NCBI GenBank assembly: GCA_050253075.1
Contig: JBFWJS010000001.1
Span: forward strand, 256,001-320,000
Direction: 5' to 3'
Length of the DNA: 64,000 nucleotides
Origin: Deferribacterales bacterium
GTDB taxonomy: Bacteria; Chrysiogenota; Deferribacteres; Deferribacterales; Geovibrionaceae
Shown: in pieces, positions 8,786-19,530 of the stretch
Layout: each line of letters begins with the position of its first letter
Position numbering within the stretch: the first letter of the stretch is position 1
Translations under genes and position numbers: made by a program
The notes under the pieces: generated by a model
The model's input: only the letters and a program-made list of their open reading frames with translations
Told to the model about the DNA's origin: nothing
The model's database searches: none

Positions 8786-10026
8786 GTTTCAGATTTTATT
8801 TTGAAATCCCCGGGGCATCCTGTCACACGGAGCGTCTTCGTACCCGCATCAGAGTATTCATCACCCTGATATATCTGGCGGAATTCAATTATATAGCTTA
8901 CAGGGGAGACAGCCTTAAAGCTGATGTTCTCGACCTGCACTTTTACTTCTTTCAGATTAGCGAATTTACCCGCCTTATCAGCCTGCCATGCAGACTTGTC
9001 CATACCCGCAGAGCTGAAGTCGTCTGCGTATACAGACATATAACTATCTATATTCAGAGACTCCCATGCGTTCTTCCAGTTCAGAAGGAATTCATTCACC
9101 TTTCTTCTCAGATAAGGCGAAGCATCCCTCTGGCTGAACTCTTCGGTGACGATCTTGTTGTCTTCGTAATAGAAGCGTTTGCGTCCGTAGCTGACGACAT
9201 TCGGCGCACAGTAGAACTGGTCAAACTCTGCGACGTATTCGCCATCTTTCTGGGTAAAGACACGATAGTTCTCCGCCTCTACATATCTGTAAGGGAAGAG
9301 ATCCATAAGGTACTTTTTATATTTGAAATAACCGTCGAGAGATCTCCCGCCGGTGTCTTTGAAGTTTTCGCCGTAATAGCTTTTAAAGGCGTCGATGTTG
9401 TTTGAGCCCCATGCCTCGATGAAGTCATCAACATTCTGCTTCGCCTTTACATAATGATCGTGCAGATCCTCGATTGTTCCTTCGAGCCCTTCGTTTGTAA
9501 TGATGACCGGGGTGCCGACACCTATATAGTCAGACAGCAGCTCGAGGTTGTCGTTTTCAAAAGCGACACAGCCCTTTGTAGCAGGCTCTTTCCTCTCGGG
9601 GTCTACCCCGTGGAGCCATATGCCTCCGCCGGTCTTTCTGTTCAGCCTGTCTTTGATGTTTGGATAGCTGAGGGGATAAGCCCCTGAGCCGTACATCTTA
9701 CTCACTTCGGAGCCGTACATCTCTTTCAGCTTCGCCGGAGAGAGGAAGCCCGTAACGAAATAAAGCCCTTCGGGTGTCTTTTCGTCACCCTGAACCATCT
9801 TGTCGCCTTCTGATCCGCCCGTTAAAACCTGCCAGCTTTTCAGCACCGTGGCACTGCCTTCGGATACTTTGATCACGTGCAGCCACTTGCCGTCTTTCTC
9901 CACCAGCACAGCGTTAAAGCTGTCCTGCTGCTCAGCTGTGAAGTTGATAAATGTCTGAGCGAAAGACACAGATGCGAAAAGACAGACTATCATTAATACA
10001 TTAAATATAATGCGCATAATTACCAC
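8770..10026 (-). CDS. L,D-transpeptidase/carboxypeptidase (YkuD fold, Csd6/Pgp2-like) with C-terminal NTF2-like repeats
   Basis: GDKMVQGDEKTPEG, LSYPN, GGGIWLHG...TKGCV; two AW..N.D.(F/Y).S.Y..F segments. Confidence 0.85.
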   Translation of the reverse strand: MVIMRIIFNVLMIVCLFASVSFAQTFINFTAEQQDSFNAVLVEKDGKWLHVIKVSEGSATVLKSWQVLTGGSEGDKMVQGDEKTPEGLYFVTGFLSPAKLKEMYGSEVSKMYGSGAYPLSYPNIKDRLNRKTGGGIWLHGVDPERKEPATKGCVAFENDNLELLSDYIGVGTPVIITNEGLEGTIEDLHDHYVKAKQNVDDFIEAWGSNNIDAFKSYYGENFKDTGGRSLDGYFKYKKYLMDLFPYRYVEAENYRVFTQKDGEYVAEFDQFYCAPNVVSYGRKRFYYEDNKIVTEEFSQRDASPYLRRKVNEFLLNWKNAWESLNIDSYMSVYADDFSSAGMDKSAWQADKAGKFANLKEVKVQVENISFKAVSPVSYIIEFRQIYQGDEYSDAGTKTLRVTGCPGDFKIKSETWRAQ

Positions 10027-11357
10027 TCTATGTTCTTCCCGTAGAGGAAGTATCTGTCTAGTTTATTTTTTAATGTGCTCCCCACGGGCTTTGTGATGCC
10101 CACGGGTATCCCTTCATAATAAATTGAATTGCCATCATAATCATAGGTATTTTCTATGTCAAATCCTTTCAGATAACGCTGTGCGTCCTCATAGGAGACT
10201 TCCGCACCCTTTCCCGCATCCATAAGGTCCGCAAGCTGCCAGAAAGCCTGAGAGCTGAGCTCGCCTTCCCGCTTTGCAAAGAGTATCCCGTTTTTAGAGA
10301 AATTGATGCTTCTGTCCATCTGGGTGGTGAGATAGAACGAACCGCCCTTTTCATATATTTCCACATACTCAGGGAATGTTTCAAAGAATCCGTCGGTATA
10401 TTTGCCGTATTTCGCCTTTGAGAAATCTCCGCCTTCGGATTCGTCCCCTCTGCGCCTGACAGCACAGATGAAGAACCCGTCGTATATATCCGTATGGGGC
10501 ATATAGCGCACCACATAAGGGTCGATATCTGTATGGCCGGATATCCCCGAAGTATGCTTACCGCCGTTGATGTCCACCAGCTCACAGTCGAATTCATCCA
10601 GCAGAAACTTCACGACCTCTTCGTTCTCCTCCACAGAGAATGTACATGTGGAATAGACCATGACGCCGCCCTCTTTGAGAGTTTCAAATGCGGATGCGGC
10701 TATCTCTTTCTGTAGCTTCGCCATGCGGTCCACCAGATCCTGACACCACTCGGTGTTCACCGTTTTGTTTCTGCCTATTTTATTTTCATTGCTGCACGGG
10801 GCATCGAGGAGCACCCCGTCAAAGAATCTGTCGAATGTCTTATGCAGGTTACGCCCGTCCTTTCCTATGGTGCGGACAGAGTATGCGCCCTGCTTCTCTA
10901 TATTAAATTGTAATGATTTCATCCTTTTGCCCGACGGCTTGTTGGCGATGATGGCGCATCGGTTGCCCAGCAGGTCTGCTATGGCGCAGGTCTTTCCTCC
11001 CGGGGCAGATGCCACATCGAGAACATAAGGATAATCAGGCAGGAGCCTGCATAAAGTATCAGCGGCAAAAACGGACGAAGGATTCATTATATAAAACCCG
11101 CCCGTCTGAAATCCCAGAGTGGCTGTCAGCCTATCCTCTCCGCTGTCTATGCGGTACACCTCGGGCAGTCCTTCCGCCTTTGTAAAGGCTATCCCCTGCT
11201 CTGTGAGCTCTGCGAGGTAGTCCGCACCTCTGGATGATGCCACACGGATATATTTGTGTCTCAGCCCCGTAAGGGATTCAAAGAACTTTTCCGCCTGAGT
11301 ATCAAGTATTTGACTGTATTTCTTAACAAAATCACTATTCAGCATGTGGCAAAGCAT
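10020..11357 (-). CDS. RsmB/RsmF (NOL1/NOP2/Sun) family RNA m5C methyltransferase
   Basis: LDVASAPGGKT, LLDAPCS, YSTCT, EENE; start codon uncertain. Confidence 0.9.
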   Translation of the reverse strand: MLCHMLNSDFVKKYSQILDTQAEKFFESLTGLRHKYIRVASSRGADYLAELTEQGIAFTKAEGLPEVYRIDSGEDRLTATLGFQTGGFYIMNPSSVFAADTLCRLLPDYPYVLDVASAPGGKTCAIADLLGNRCAIIANKPSGKRMKSLQFNIEKQGAYSVRTIGKDGRNLHKTFDRFFDGVLLDAPCSNENKIGRNKTVNTEWCQDLVDRMAKLQKEIAASAFETLKEGGVMVYSTCTFSVEENEEVVKFLLDEFDCELVDINGGKHTSGISGHTDIDPYVVRYMPHTDIYDGFFICAVRRRGDESEGGDFSKAKYGKYTDGFFETFPEYVEIYEKGGSFYLTTQMDRSINFSKNGILFAKREGELSSQAFWQLADLMDAGKGAEVSYEDAQRYLKGFDIENTYDYDGNSIYYEGIPVGITKPVGSTLKNKLDRYFLYGKNIEW

Positions 11358-11404
11358 AAAACAATTATATTGAGTTATCAATATTAATGTAGTAAATTTC
11401 AGGC

Positions 11405-12751
11405 ATGAAAATAGTAGTCGCCGGAGCCGGCGAGGTCGGATTTCACATCGCAGACCATCTGATTAAAGAGGGGAAGGACGTTGTCCTTATCGAAAAGGAT
11501 GCTGACAGAGCAAAGTTTGTCTCCTCCCATCTCGACTGCCTTGTTATAACAGGCGAACCTTCAAACCTTGACATTCTCAAGCAGGCAGGCATTCAAAAAG
11601 CCGACGGATTCATCTCCGCCACGGACTTTGACGAGGTGAACATGATCTCGTGCTTCATCGTCGCCAGCGAATACGAAGTCCCCGTGAAGATCGCCCGTGT
11701 GAGAAACATGGAATACAGCAAGACAAGGCTAGTAGGGCAGAAATACAGCGGTATCGACTACATCGTAAACCCGGAGATCGAAGCGGCAAAGAACATAGCA
11801 TCCACCGTACAGCACGGTGCGACCAGCGACATATTCCTTTTCGAAAATTCTGACATCCAGCTCAGAGACATCTTTGTCGACGACGAATCATACTTCAACG
11901 GAAAATCACTTAAAGAGATAAGAACCGACCTGAAAGAGGACTTCATCATTGCGGGTATCCTGCGTGATACAGACGTAGTGGTCCCCACAGGCGACACGAT
12001 AGTACAGGACAAAGACCATCTATATATAGTAGCCGCGAAGAACACCTTCTTTCAGGTGCTGAAAAAGGCGGGCACACCGCAGAAGAACCTGCGCACCGTC
12101 ATCGTCCTCGGCGGAGGAAAGATCGGCAGATACGTCACGGAGTTCCTCATAAAAATGGGCAAGAACGTGAAGCTGGTCGACAGAAACTATGAAAAGTGCA
12201 AACGCCTCGCAGCGGACTATCCCGACGTGATGGTGCTGAACTCGGACATTTCCGACGAGACGCTCTACGAAGAGGAAAACCTGCATAAGGCGGACGCCAT
12301 AGTCACCACCACACGCAACGAAGAGCTGAACATCCTCGCCGCCATATACGGCAAGTCTAAGGGGATAAAGCGCTCCGTCGCACTGGTGAACAAGTCCAAC
12401 TATCTGAACATCGCAGACGACCTCGGCATAGACTCCACTGTCAGCCCGAAGCTGAGCTCTGTTAACGCAATACTGAAACACATCCGACGCGGAAACATCA
12501 AAAGCGTCTATAAAATATTCGACGGAAAGGCAGAAGTGTCCGAATTCCACGTACATGCGGAAGCTCCCGTCAGCGGTAAAGCCTTGAAAGACATCAAGCT
12601 CCCCGCAGGCAGCCTTATCCTCGCTGTTATCCGTGAAGGGAAGAATATCATCCCCGACGGAAACTTTGTCCTCAGCGGCAGAGACTCCGTCATCACCTTC
12701 TGCATAAAGGATACTGCCGACTCACTTCAAAAATTCTTCGCCGGTAAGTAG
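11405..12751 (+). CDS. trkA: Trk potassium uptake NAD-binding subunit
   Basis: Two RCK_N domains (GAGEVG, GGGKIG) each followed by an RCK_C. Confidence 0.95.
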   Translation: MKIVVAGAGEVGFHIADHLIKEGKDVVLIEKDADRAKFVSSHLDCLVITGEPSNLDILKQAGIQKADGFISATDFDEVNMISCFIVASEYEVPVKIARVRNMEYSKTRLVGQKYSGIDYIVNPEIEAAKNIASTVQHGATSDIFLFENSDIQLRDIFVDDESYFNGKSLKEIRTDLKEDFIIAGILRDTDVVVPTGDTIVQDKDHLYIVAAKNTFFQVLKKAGTPQKNLRTVIVLGGGKIGRYVTEFLIKMGKNVKLVDRNYEKCKRLAADYPDVMVLNSDISDETLYEEENLHKADAIVTTTRNEELNILAAIYGKSKGIKRSVALVNKSNYLNIADDLGIDSTVSPKLSSVNAILKHIRRGNIKSVYKIFDGKAEVSEFHVHAEAPVSGKALKDIKLPAGSLILAVIREGKNIIPDGNFVLSGRDSVITFCIKDTADSLQKFFAGK

Positions 12752-12753
12752 GA

Positions 12754-14205
12754 ATGCATTACAAGCTCATCCTTAAGACCATAGCCGTCATTCTGATCGT
12801 CATAGCATTTTTCCACCTGATATGTGCGGGCGTGGCACTCTATTATAAAGAGACTGAGGCGATGATAGCCTTCGCCGCATCCATATCCCTGCTGGTGGGA
12901 ACAGGTGCATTTTTCCTTATATACTACCGAAATATACCGGCGGATAACGTAAGCACAAAGGACGGATTCCTCCTTGTGACACTTAGCTGGGTTGCTGCTT
13001 CCCTCGGCGGTTCGCTACCTTTTTACATATCCGGTGCGATACCTTCATACACCGACGCATTTTTTGAGACCATATCAGGCTTCTCCACCACAGGTGCGAG
13101 CATCCTGACAAACATAGAAGGACTGCCCCTTTCCATACTTTTCTGGCGTTCGCTGACACACTGGCTGGGCGGTATGGGTATCGTAGTCCTCGCTGTTGCC
13201 ATCCTTCCCCTCCTCGGCATCGGAGGCATGCAGCTTATAAAAGCCGAGGCTCCCGGACCTACAGTGGATAAGATAACCCCGAGGATAGCCGAAACGGCTA
13301 AATACCTCTGGTACATATATGTGGGATTCACCATTGTGGAGACTGTTCTCCTTATGTTCGGAGGAATGAACCTTTACGACGCCCTGACACACACATTCGG
13401 TACTGTCGCAACAGGCGGTTTCTCCACAAAGAACACCAGCGTCAGCTACTACGACTCTGCATACATAGACTGGGTGATCACCGTCTTTATGATACTGGCG
13501 GGTGTAAACTTCACCCTGCATTTCAGACTGCTCACGGGCAGGTTTAAGAATGTCTTCCGTGATTCCGAGCTGAAGGCTTATCTGGCGATAATAGTCATAG
13601 CGACCGTAATCATAACAGTCTCCCTGCATAATAACGTGTATTACACACTGGCAGACAGCCTGCGCTTCGCCGCTTTTCAGGTGGCGACATTCATCACCAC
13701 CACGGGATTCGCCACGGCGAACTATGAAAACTGGCCATATCTGGCACAGATCATCCTCTTCATGCTGATGTTCGTGGGCGGGTGTTCGGGCTCTACGGGC
13801 GGGGGTATAAAGGTGATAAGGCTTGTAACCCTGCTGAAACAGGGGATAAACGAGATGAAATACCTCGTCCACCCCAGAGGTGTCTTTATGATACGCCTCA
13901 GCGGACAGACAGTTAAGAAAGATATAGTTTACGCTGTCAGCGGATTCTTCTTTCTATACATTTTTCTCCTTTTGGTTGTTACAATGATAGTAGCAGCTAG
14001 CGGGACGGATGTTCTCACATCCTTCACCACTGCTCTGGCAACAGTGGGCAACATAGGCCCAGGCTTCGGGATGGTCGGTCCTGCCGATAACTATGCATTC
14101 TATCCTGACTATGTCAAATGGGTGCTCAGTGCGGCGATGATCATAGGACGACTGGAGATATATACTATACTGGTGCTCTTTACACCTATGTTTTGGAAAA
14201 AATGA
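12754..14205 (+). CDS. trkH: Trk potassium uptake membrane subunit
   Basis: SGFSTTGAS, TGGFS, GGCSGSTGGGIK, GNIGPG pore loops. Confidence 0.95.
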   Translation: MHYKLILKTIAVILIVIAFFHLICAGVALYYKETEAMIAFAASISLLVGTGAFFLIYYRNIPADNVSTKDGFLLVTLSWVAASLGGSLPFYISGAIPSYTDAFFETISGFSTTGASILTNIEGLPLSILFWRSLTHWLGGMGIVVLAVAILPLLGIGGMQLIKAEAPGPTVDKITPRIAETAKYLWYIYVGFTIVETVLLMFGGMNLYDALTHTFGTVATGGFSTKNTSVSYYDSAYIDWVITVFMILAGVNFTLHFRLLTGRFKNVFRDSELKAYLAIIVIATVIITVSLHNNVYYTLADSLRFAAFQVATFITTTGFATANYENWPYLAQIILFMLMFVGGCSGSTGGGIKVIRLVTLLKQGINEMKYLVHPRGVFMIRLSGQTVKKDIVYAVSGFFFLYIFLLLVVTMIVAASGTDVLTSFTTALATVGNIGPGFGMVGPADNYAFYPDYVKWVLSAAMIIGRLEIYTILVLFTPMFWKK

Positions 14206-16439
14206 CAACATATCATATCTTGATCAAAGGTATCGTGCAGGGGGTCGGATTCCGTCCCTTTATATTCCGTCTGGCTGAAAAGTACGGACTGAAAGGCTAT
14301 GTCACCAACAACTCCTCGGGGGTTGAGATAGAGGTGAACGGAGAGCCCGATACCATAGACGCATTCCTTGCCGAGATACGCACAAACTGCCCTCCGCTTG
14401 CGCAGATAATAGACATATACGCAGGTGCGACATTTTATAAAGAATACGACAGATTTTCCATCGAGCCTTCGAAGGTGAGTATAGGCGTAACGCTTGTTCC
14501 GCCTGATACTGCCGTGTGCGAAGAGTGCGGTGCGGAGATACTGGACGAAGCAGACAGGCGCTACGGATACCCATTCACCAACTGTACCAACTGCGGCCCC
14601 AGATACAGCATCATAGAATCCATACCTTACGACAGGGAAGACACCACGATGTCTAAGTTCCGCATGTGTCCCGTTTGTCAGGAGGAGTACGACAACCCTT
14701 CCGACAGGCGATTCCACGCACAGCCGAACGCATGCCCCGTGTGCGGACCTATGGTATACATGGGTAAATACGCAGGGAACGAGGCGATACTCAAAGCTGC
14801 CGAGATAATAAACAAAGGCGGGATAGTCGCCGTGAAAGGGCTCGGCGGATATCATCTGGTGTGCGACGCCACACAGGACATCCCCGTCAAAACCATGCGA
14901 CACCTGAAAAACCGCCCGGACAAACCTCTGGCTGTAATGTGTACCCTCGAAACTATTCAGAAGCACTGCGACGACGAAGCGTCTCTCAAGCTCTTCGCCT
15001 CACCGCAGGCACCAATAACTATTATGCGCACCAGCGACGTACCGATAAGCAAATACGCAAATCCGATGTCCCCGAATGTGGGATATCTGGCTCCATATAC
15101 ACCGCTACACAGGATACTGCTGTCAAAGTGCGACACAGACTATCTGATAGCCACCAGCGGAAACAAAAAGGACGAACCTATCGCCAAGAACGAGCGTGGA
15201 GCAGAGAAAGCGATGGGCGAGCTGACAAGCCAATTCCTGCATCACACCCGCCCGATACACAACAGAGTGGATGATTCCCTCGCAGCGATAGTCGACGGCA
15301 CGCCCTATGTTATGCGCCGTGCGAGAGGCTTTGCGCCTTACCCTGTGATGCTCCCCTCAGCCGTGGACGGATGTGTCCTCGCCGTGGGCGCACACCTGAA
15401 GAACACTATCACCATTGCAAAGGATAACTACGCCTTTGTCAGCCAGTACATCGGCGATCTGGACAATCCTGAAACCTGCGAATTCTTCGACGAAACAATA
15501 GATAAGATGAAGTCCCTGTACGGACTCGAACCCGACAGTGTCGTCTGCGACACACACCCCGACTATTACAGCAGTAAATATGCGGCGGAGCTCGGGCTTC
15601 CTCTGCAAAAGGTTCAGCACCACATATCACACATGATGGCGTGCATGGCCGAAAACGGGCTGAAAGACGATGTGCTCGGCGTCATACTCGACGGTACGGG
15701 GCTAGGCACTAATAAGACCATATGGGGCGGTGAATTCCTGCTGATGAAAGACAGGAAGATCACCCGCATACAGAGCCTGCCCGAGGTAATGCAGCCGGGG
15801 ATGGACGCAGGGGCGAAAAACCCCGGCAGGATGCTGATATCATATCTGCACCATTTCGGACTGCTGGAAGAATATATGGGCGTACTGACCAAAAAACTGT
15901 TCATACCCGAGAAAGACATAAAGCTGACCGTCAGCATGATAGAAAAACGCATAAACTGCATCCCGACAACCAGTGCGGGGCGCATGCTTGAAAGCCTCGG
16001 CGCTGCTGTCACGGGCATCACAAAGAACCTCTTCGAGGCACACTCCGCCATGAAGATGGAGGGGCTGGCACACTCTTCCGACAGAGAGTTTCACCTTGTG
16101 AGTGATACGGACACATACGACTTTTACAAAGACATCTTCAGATATACTATGCAATCCGTTTACAACGGCGACGACCCTGCCGCCGTCGCTGCGGACATTC
16201 ATACAAATTTTGCCCGTCACCTGATCTTTTCGATTAAAAATATTTGCAAAATAGAGGACATAGAAGACGTGGTTCTTTCAGGCGGGGTCTTCCAGAATCT
16301 CTACCTGATGCAGCACCTTACAAAAATTAGTAAACTAAACGTTTACCGCCATAAAGCCGTCCCGCCAAACGACTCCTGCATCTCTCTGGGGCAGGCTTAT
16401 TATAAATCCTATTCCAAAATCAAAAATTTTGGGTCATAA
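14202..16439 (+). CDS. hypF: Hydrogenase maturation carbamoyltransferase
   Basis: GIVQGVGFRP, CxxC zinc fingers, RRFHAQPNACPVCGP, VQHHISH, PPND; ATGA overlap with trkH. Confidence 0.95.
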   Translation: MTTYHILIKGIVQGVGFRPFIFRLAEKYGLKGYVTNNSSGVEIEVNGEPDTIDAFLAEIRTNCPPLAQIIDIYAGATFYKEYDRFSIEPSKVSIGVTLVPPDTAVCEECGAEILDEADRRYGYPFTNCTNCGPRYSIIESIPYDREDTTMSKFRMCPVCQEEYDNPSDRRFHAQPNACPVCGPMVYMGKYAGNEAILKAAEIINKGGIVAVKGLGGYHLVCDATQDIPVKTMRHLKNRPDKPLAVMCTLETIQKHCDDEASLKLFASPQAPITIMRTSDVPISKYANPMSPNVGYLAPYTPLHRILLSKCDTDYLIATSGNKKDEPIAKNERGAEKAMGELTSQFLHHTRPIHNRVDDSLAAIVDGTPYVMRRARGFAPYPVMLPSAVDGCVLAVGAHLKNTITIAKDNYAFVSQYIGDLDNPETCEFFDETIDKMKSLYGLEPDSVVCDTHPDYYSSKYAAELGLPLQKVQHHISHMMACMAENGLKDDVLGVILDGTGLGTNKTIWGGEFLLMKDRKITRIQSLPEVMQPGMDAGAKNPGRMLISYLHHFGLLEEYMGVLTKKLFIPEKDIKLTVSMIEKRINCIPTTSAGRMLESLGAAVTGITKNLFEAHSAMKMEGLAHSSDREFHLVSDTDTYDFYKDIFRYTMQSVYNGDDPAAVAADIHTNFARHLIFSIKNICKIEDIEDVVLSGGVFQNLYLMQHLTKISKLNVYRHKAVPPNDSCISLGQAYYKSYSKIKNFGS

Positions 16440-16491
16440 TCCCTTCTATATTTAGTCAAAATTATTATATTTACTTGGGGAAGGTTATTAA

Positions 16492-17688
16492 ATGCACCAG
16501 ATAATTGAAGATTCCACCACCTTACTGCTGATGTGCAGCAAAAATCATGCATGCGAAGAGCTGAAAAAGACAGTGCTGTCACTGCCTTTCACCGTTGATG
16601 TATGCCACAGCAGAGAGGAGGCGATGAACCTTCAGAATCAATCCCCCAGAGACATCGTCCTCACCGAATATGAGCTGGACAACGAGACAGGGCTGGACTT
16701 TCTTCAGGCCATATATCAGCATAATAAACAGAGTACCAGAGTGGTCATCGGTCGAGATGTAAACCTACAGCACATCGTAAAAGCTGTGATAAAAGGTGTC
16801 GCCTGCGCATATATCGAAGAGAATGCGTCTCAGGCATCCATCAGGACAAAGCTGCAGGACATCGCAAGGGTCCGCAGAAGTATGACCAATAAAAAACTCC
16901 TCGAGATACTCCCCGGGTCTAATGAATTCCCTATTAATATGCAGGTGTATGAGCTGCTTATGGATGCCATACACGCAGACAGACCGATCCCCGAGATTGC
17001 CGAGATAGTCACAAAGGACATCACCCTTACGGCGAAAGTGCTTCAGGTGGCGAACTCTGCATTTTACGGTAATTTCAGCGGAACATCAGTGGAAAAAGCT
17101 ATCATTTACATGGGGCTGAACCCTGTGAAAGATATAGTGCTGATGCACTCGCTCTCTGCAAACCTGAACATGAACTCCACACAGAACAAAGAGCTGGAAG
17201 AGATAGTGAAACACTCCATAGAGACCAACTACTACTTTCACGCTATATCCCGCAAAGCGGACATATGCCCTATCACACCGCTGAACAGCTCGATAGGCAT
17301 CATACACGACATAGGCAAGCTGGTTCAGCTGGTTTTCTTCCCCATGGAATACAACGCCATCGACGAATACAGAGAGGAAAACCCGGGAACGGACTATTAC
17401 TCCTGCGAGATAGCAACGGGCAACCTAGCTATAAAACACTCTGAGATTGGCGCTTATTTCCTCCGCTGCTGGAACTTTAACCAATATTCCGTCGAAGCTG
17501 CGCTCTATCACCACGAGCCTGAGCTCGCCACGGAAGACATGCGCCCATGCGTCGAGTCGCTCTTTTTAGCTAATACTATTGCTGATATCAGAGACGGGTT
17601 TGACATATCACTTGAAGAAGCACTGGGAAGATGTAAAAGGGTAAAACTTCAGCAACAGGACATACTTACTATCCTTCCGCCTTTATAG
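16492..17688 (+). CDS. HDOD domain protein with N-terminal receiver-like domain
   Basis: LTAKVLQVANSAFY, IHDIGKL, HSEIGAY..RCWNF, YHHEP. Confidence 0.88.
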   Translation: MHQIIEDSTTLLLMCSKNHACEELKKTVLSLPFTVDVCHSREEAMNLQNQSPRDIVLTEYELDNETGLDFLQAIYQHNKQSTRVVIGRDVNLQHIVKAVIKGVACAYIEENASQASIRTKLQDIARVRRSMTNKKLLEILPGSNEFPINMQVYELLMDAIHADRPIPEIAEIVTKDITLTAKVLQVANSAFYGNFSGTSVEKAIIYMGLNPVKDIVLMHSLSANLNMNSTQNKELEEIVKHSIETNYYFHAISRKADICPITPLNSSIGIIHDIGKLVQLVFFPMEYNAIDEYREENPGTDYYSCEIATGNLAIKHSEIGAYFLRCWNFNQYSVEAALYHHEPELATEDMRPCVESLFLANTIADIRDGFDISLEEALGRCKRVKLQQQDILTILPPL

Positions 17689-17689
17689 G

Positions 17690-18520
17690 CTACTGCTTCG
17701 GGTCTAAGATATCTCTGAGACCTTCACCCAGAAGATTATATCCCAATACGGTTATGAATATAGCTATGCCCGGGAAGAATGACAGCCACCAGGCAAACAT
17801 GATGTTGTCCTTACCCGCCGTGAGAATGTTTCCCCATGAGGGTGTAGGCGGCTGAACCCCCAGACCGAGAAAGCTGAGAGAAGACTCTGTGAGTATAGCA
17901 CCCGCAACGCCGAGGGTGGCGGTTACGAATATAGGCGTAAAGACATTCGGCAGTATATGCTTCACCATTGTCAGCCAGACGGGGAGCCCCTGAACCTTTG
18001 CCGAGACTATGTAGTCTCTCGTTTTCACACTGAGCACTTCCGCACGGACGAGCCTCGTAACGCCCATCCAGCCTGTCAGACCGATGATGACCATGACATT
18101 CACTATGGAAGGGCTGAGGAAAGCGATCACCGCGAGTATCAGGAAAAAAGACGGAAAGCAGAGCATGATATCCACAAAGCGCATTATTATGCCGTCTATC
18201 AGACCGCCGAAATAACCGGAGATCAGCCCTAGAATAACCCCAATTAAAATAGATATCCCCACTGCAATAAATCCAACGAAAAGAGATATCCTGCTGCCAT
18301 AGATGATACGGCTGAAAACGTCTCTCCCCAGATCGTCAGTGCCGAAGAAGTGATCGGCAGACGGAGCGAGAAAGACCGAATCGAAATCTATATGGGCAGG
18401 GTCGTGGGTCGCAATCAATGGAGCGAACACAGCCACGATGAAAAACATAAGTACAATCACCAGACCAGAATAAAATAGCAGGCTTCCGTTCAGCCTCGAG
18501 AACAGTCTATTTCTTACCAT
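17690..18520 (-). CDS. Peptide/nickel ABC permease (OppC/DppC)
   Basis: FGTDDLGRD, ESSLSFLGLG, PSWG. Confidence 0.93.
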   Translation of the reverse strand: MVRNRLFSRLNGSLLFYSGLVIVLMFFIVAVFAPLIATHDPAHIDFDSVFLAPSADHFFGTDDLGRDVFSRIIYGSRISLFVGFIAVGISILIGVILGLISGYFGGLIDGIIMRFVDIMLCFPSFFLILAVIAFLSPSIVNVMVIIGLTGWMGVTRLVRAEVLSVKTRDYIVSAKVQGLPVWLTMVKHILPNVFTPIFVTATLGVAGAILTESSLSFLGLGVQPPTPSWGNILTAGKDNIMFAWWLSFFPGIAIFITVLGYNLLGEGLRDILDPKQ

Positions 18521-19487
18521 AACGTATCCTCGGGTCCACAAGACCATAGCTGATATCTGCGATAAGGTTACCCACCAGTGTCAGCACTGCGCCCAGCACC
18601 AGCACCCCCATCACGACGGGGTAATCCCTCGCCATAACAGACTGATAGAAAAGCTGTCCCATGCCCGGGATGCTGAATATAGACTCAAATATCACACTCC
18701 CGCCGATGAGCCCGGGTATGGATAAACCGAGTATCGTCACAACGGGGAGCATAGCATTCTTAAGTGCGTGCTTGAAGACCACCTTCCCTTCGGAGAGTCC
18801 TCTCGCTCTGGCACTGACGATGTATTCCTCACCCAGAACATCCAGCATAGAGTTCCGAGCGAAGCGTGACAGCCCAGCCAGTCCGCCGAAGACGGAAAGT
18901 ACGATAGGCAGAAATGCGTGATGGAGTATATCAAAGACCTTCCCCATTGTGGAAAGCTGTTCGTAATTATATGATTTTAGCCCTGAGATAGGCAGCCAGC
19001 CCTTCACCACTCCGAAGTAGTACATGCATAAAAGAGCGAGCCAGAAAGTAGGCACAGCAAAGCCCACAAAGACAAATACCGTGACGGATTTGTCAAATAT
19101 ACTGTTCTGCCGATAGGCGGACAGCACCCCCAAAGGGAGCGCAACCATGAATATGAGAACCATCCCCGCAACATTCAGCCATATGGTCACAGGCATCCTT
19201 TCGCCTATCTTCTCCATAACGCTCCTGCCGTCGGGCGCAAAGGATTCGCCGAAATCGAGCACGGCGACACGCTTCACCCATTCGTAGTATCTGATGTGCA
19301 GAGGCTTGTCCAGTCCGTACATCTTCACGAATTTCTCATGGGCAGATTCGGAAAATTTAGGGTTCATCGAGGATAAAAACTGCGCAGGGTCGCCGGGGGC
19401 GAGGTGTATCACGGCAAAACAGATGATAGTGATGCCTATCAAAAGAGGAACCATCCCGACAAGTCTTTTCAGTATAAAAGCAAGCAT
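18507..19487 (-). CDS. Peptide/nickel ABC permease (OppB/DppB)
   Basis: APGDP, ARARGL, ESIFSIPGMG, RDYPVV, DPRIR. Confidence 0.93.
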   Translation of the reverse strand: MLAFILKRLVGMVPLLIGITIICFAVIHLAPGDPAQFLSSMNPKFSESAHEKFVKMYGLDKPLHIRYYEWVKRVAVLDFGESFAPDGRSVMEKIGERMPVTIWLNVAGMVLIFMVALPLGVLSAYRQNSIFDKSVTVFVFVGFAVPTFWLALLCMYYFGVVKGWLPISGLKSYNYEQLSTMGKVFDILHHAFLPIVLSVFGGLAGLSRFARNSMLDVLGEEYIVSARARGLSEGKVVFKHALKNAMLPVVTILGLSIPGLIGGSVIFESIFSIPGMGQLFYQSVMARDYPVVMGVLVLGAVLTLVGNLIADISYGLVDPRIRYGKK

Positions 19488-19530
19488 ATGCAAACCTTAT
19501 ATTATGAAGCTCAGAACGGCTTACTGATTA

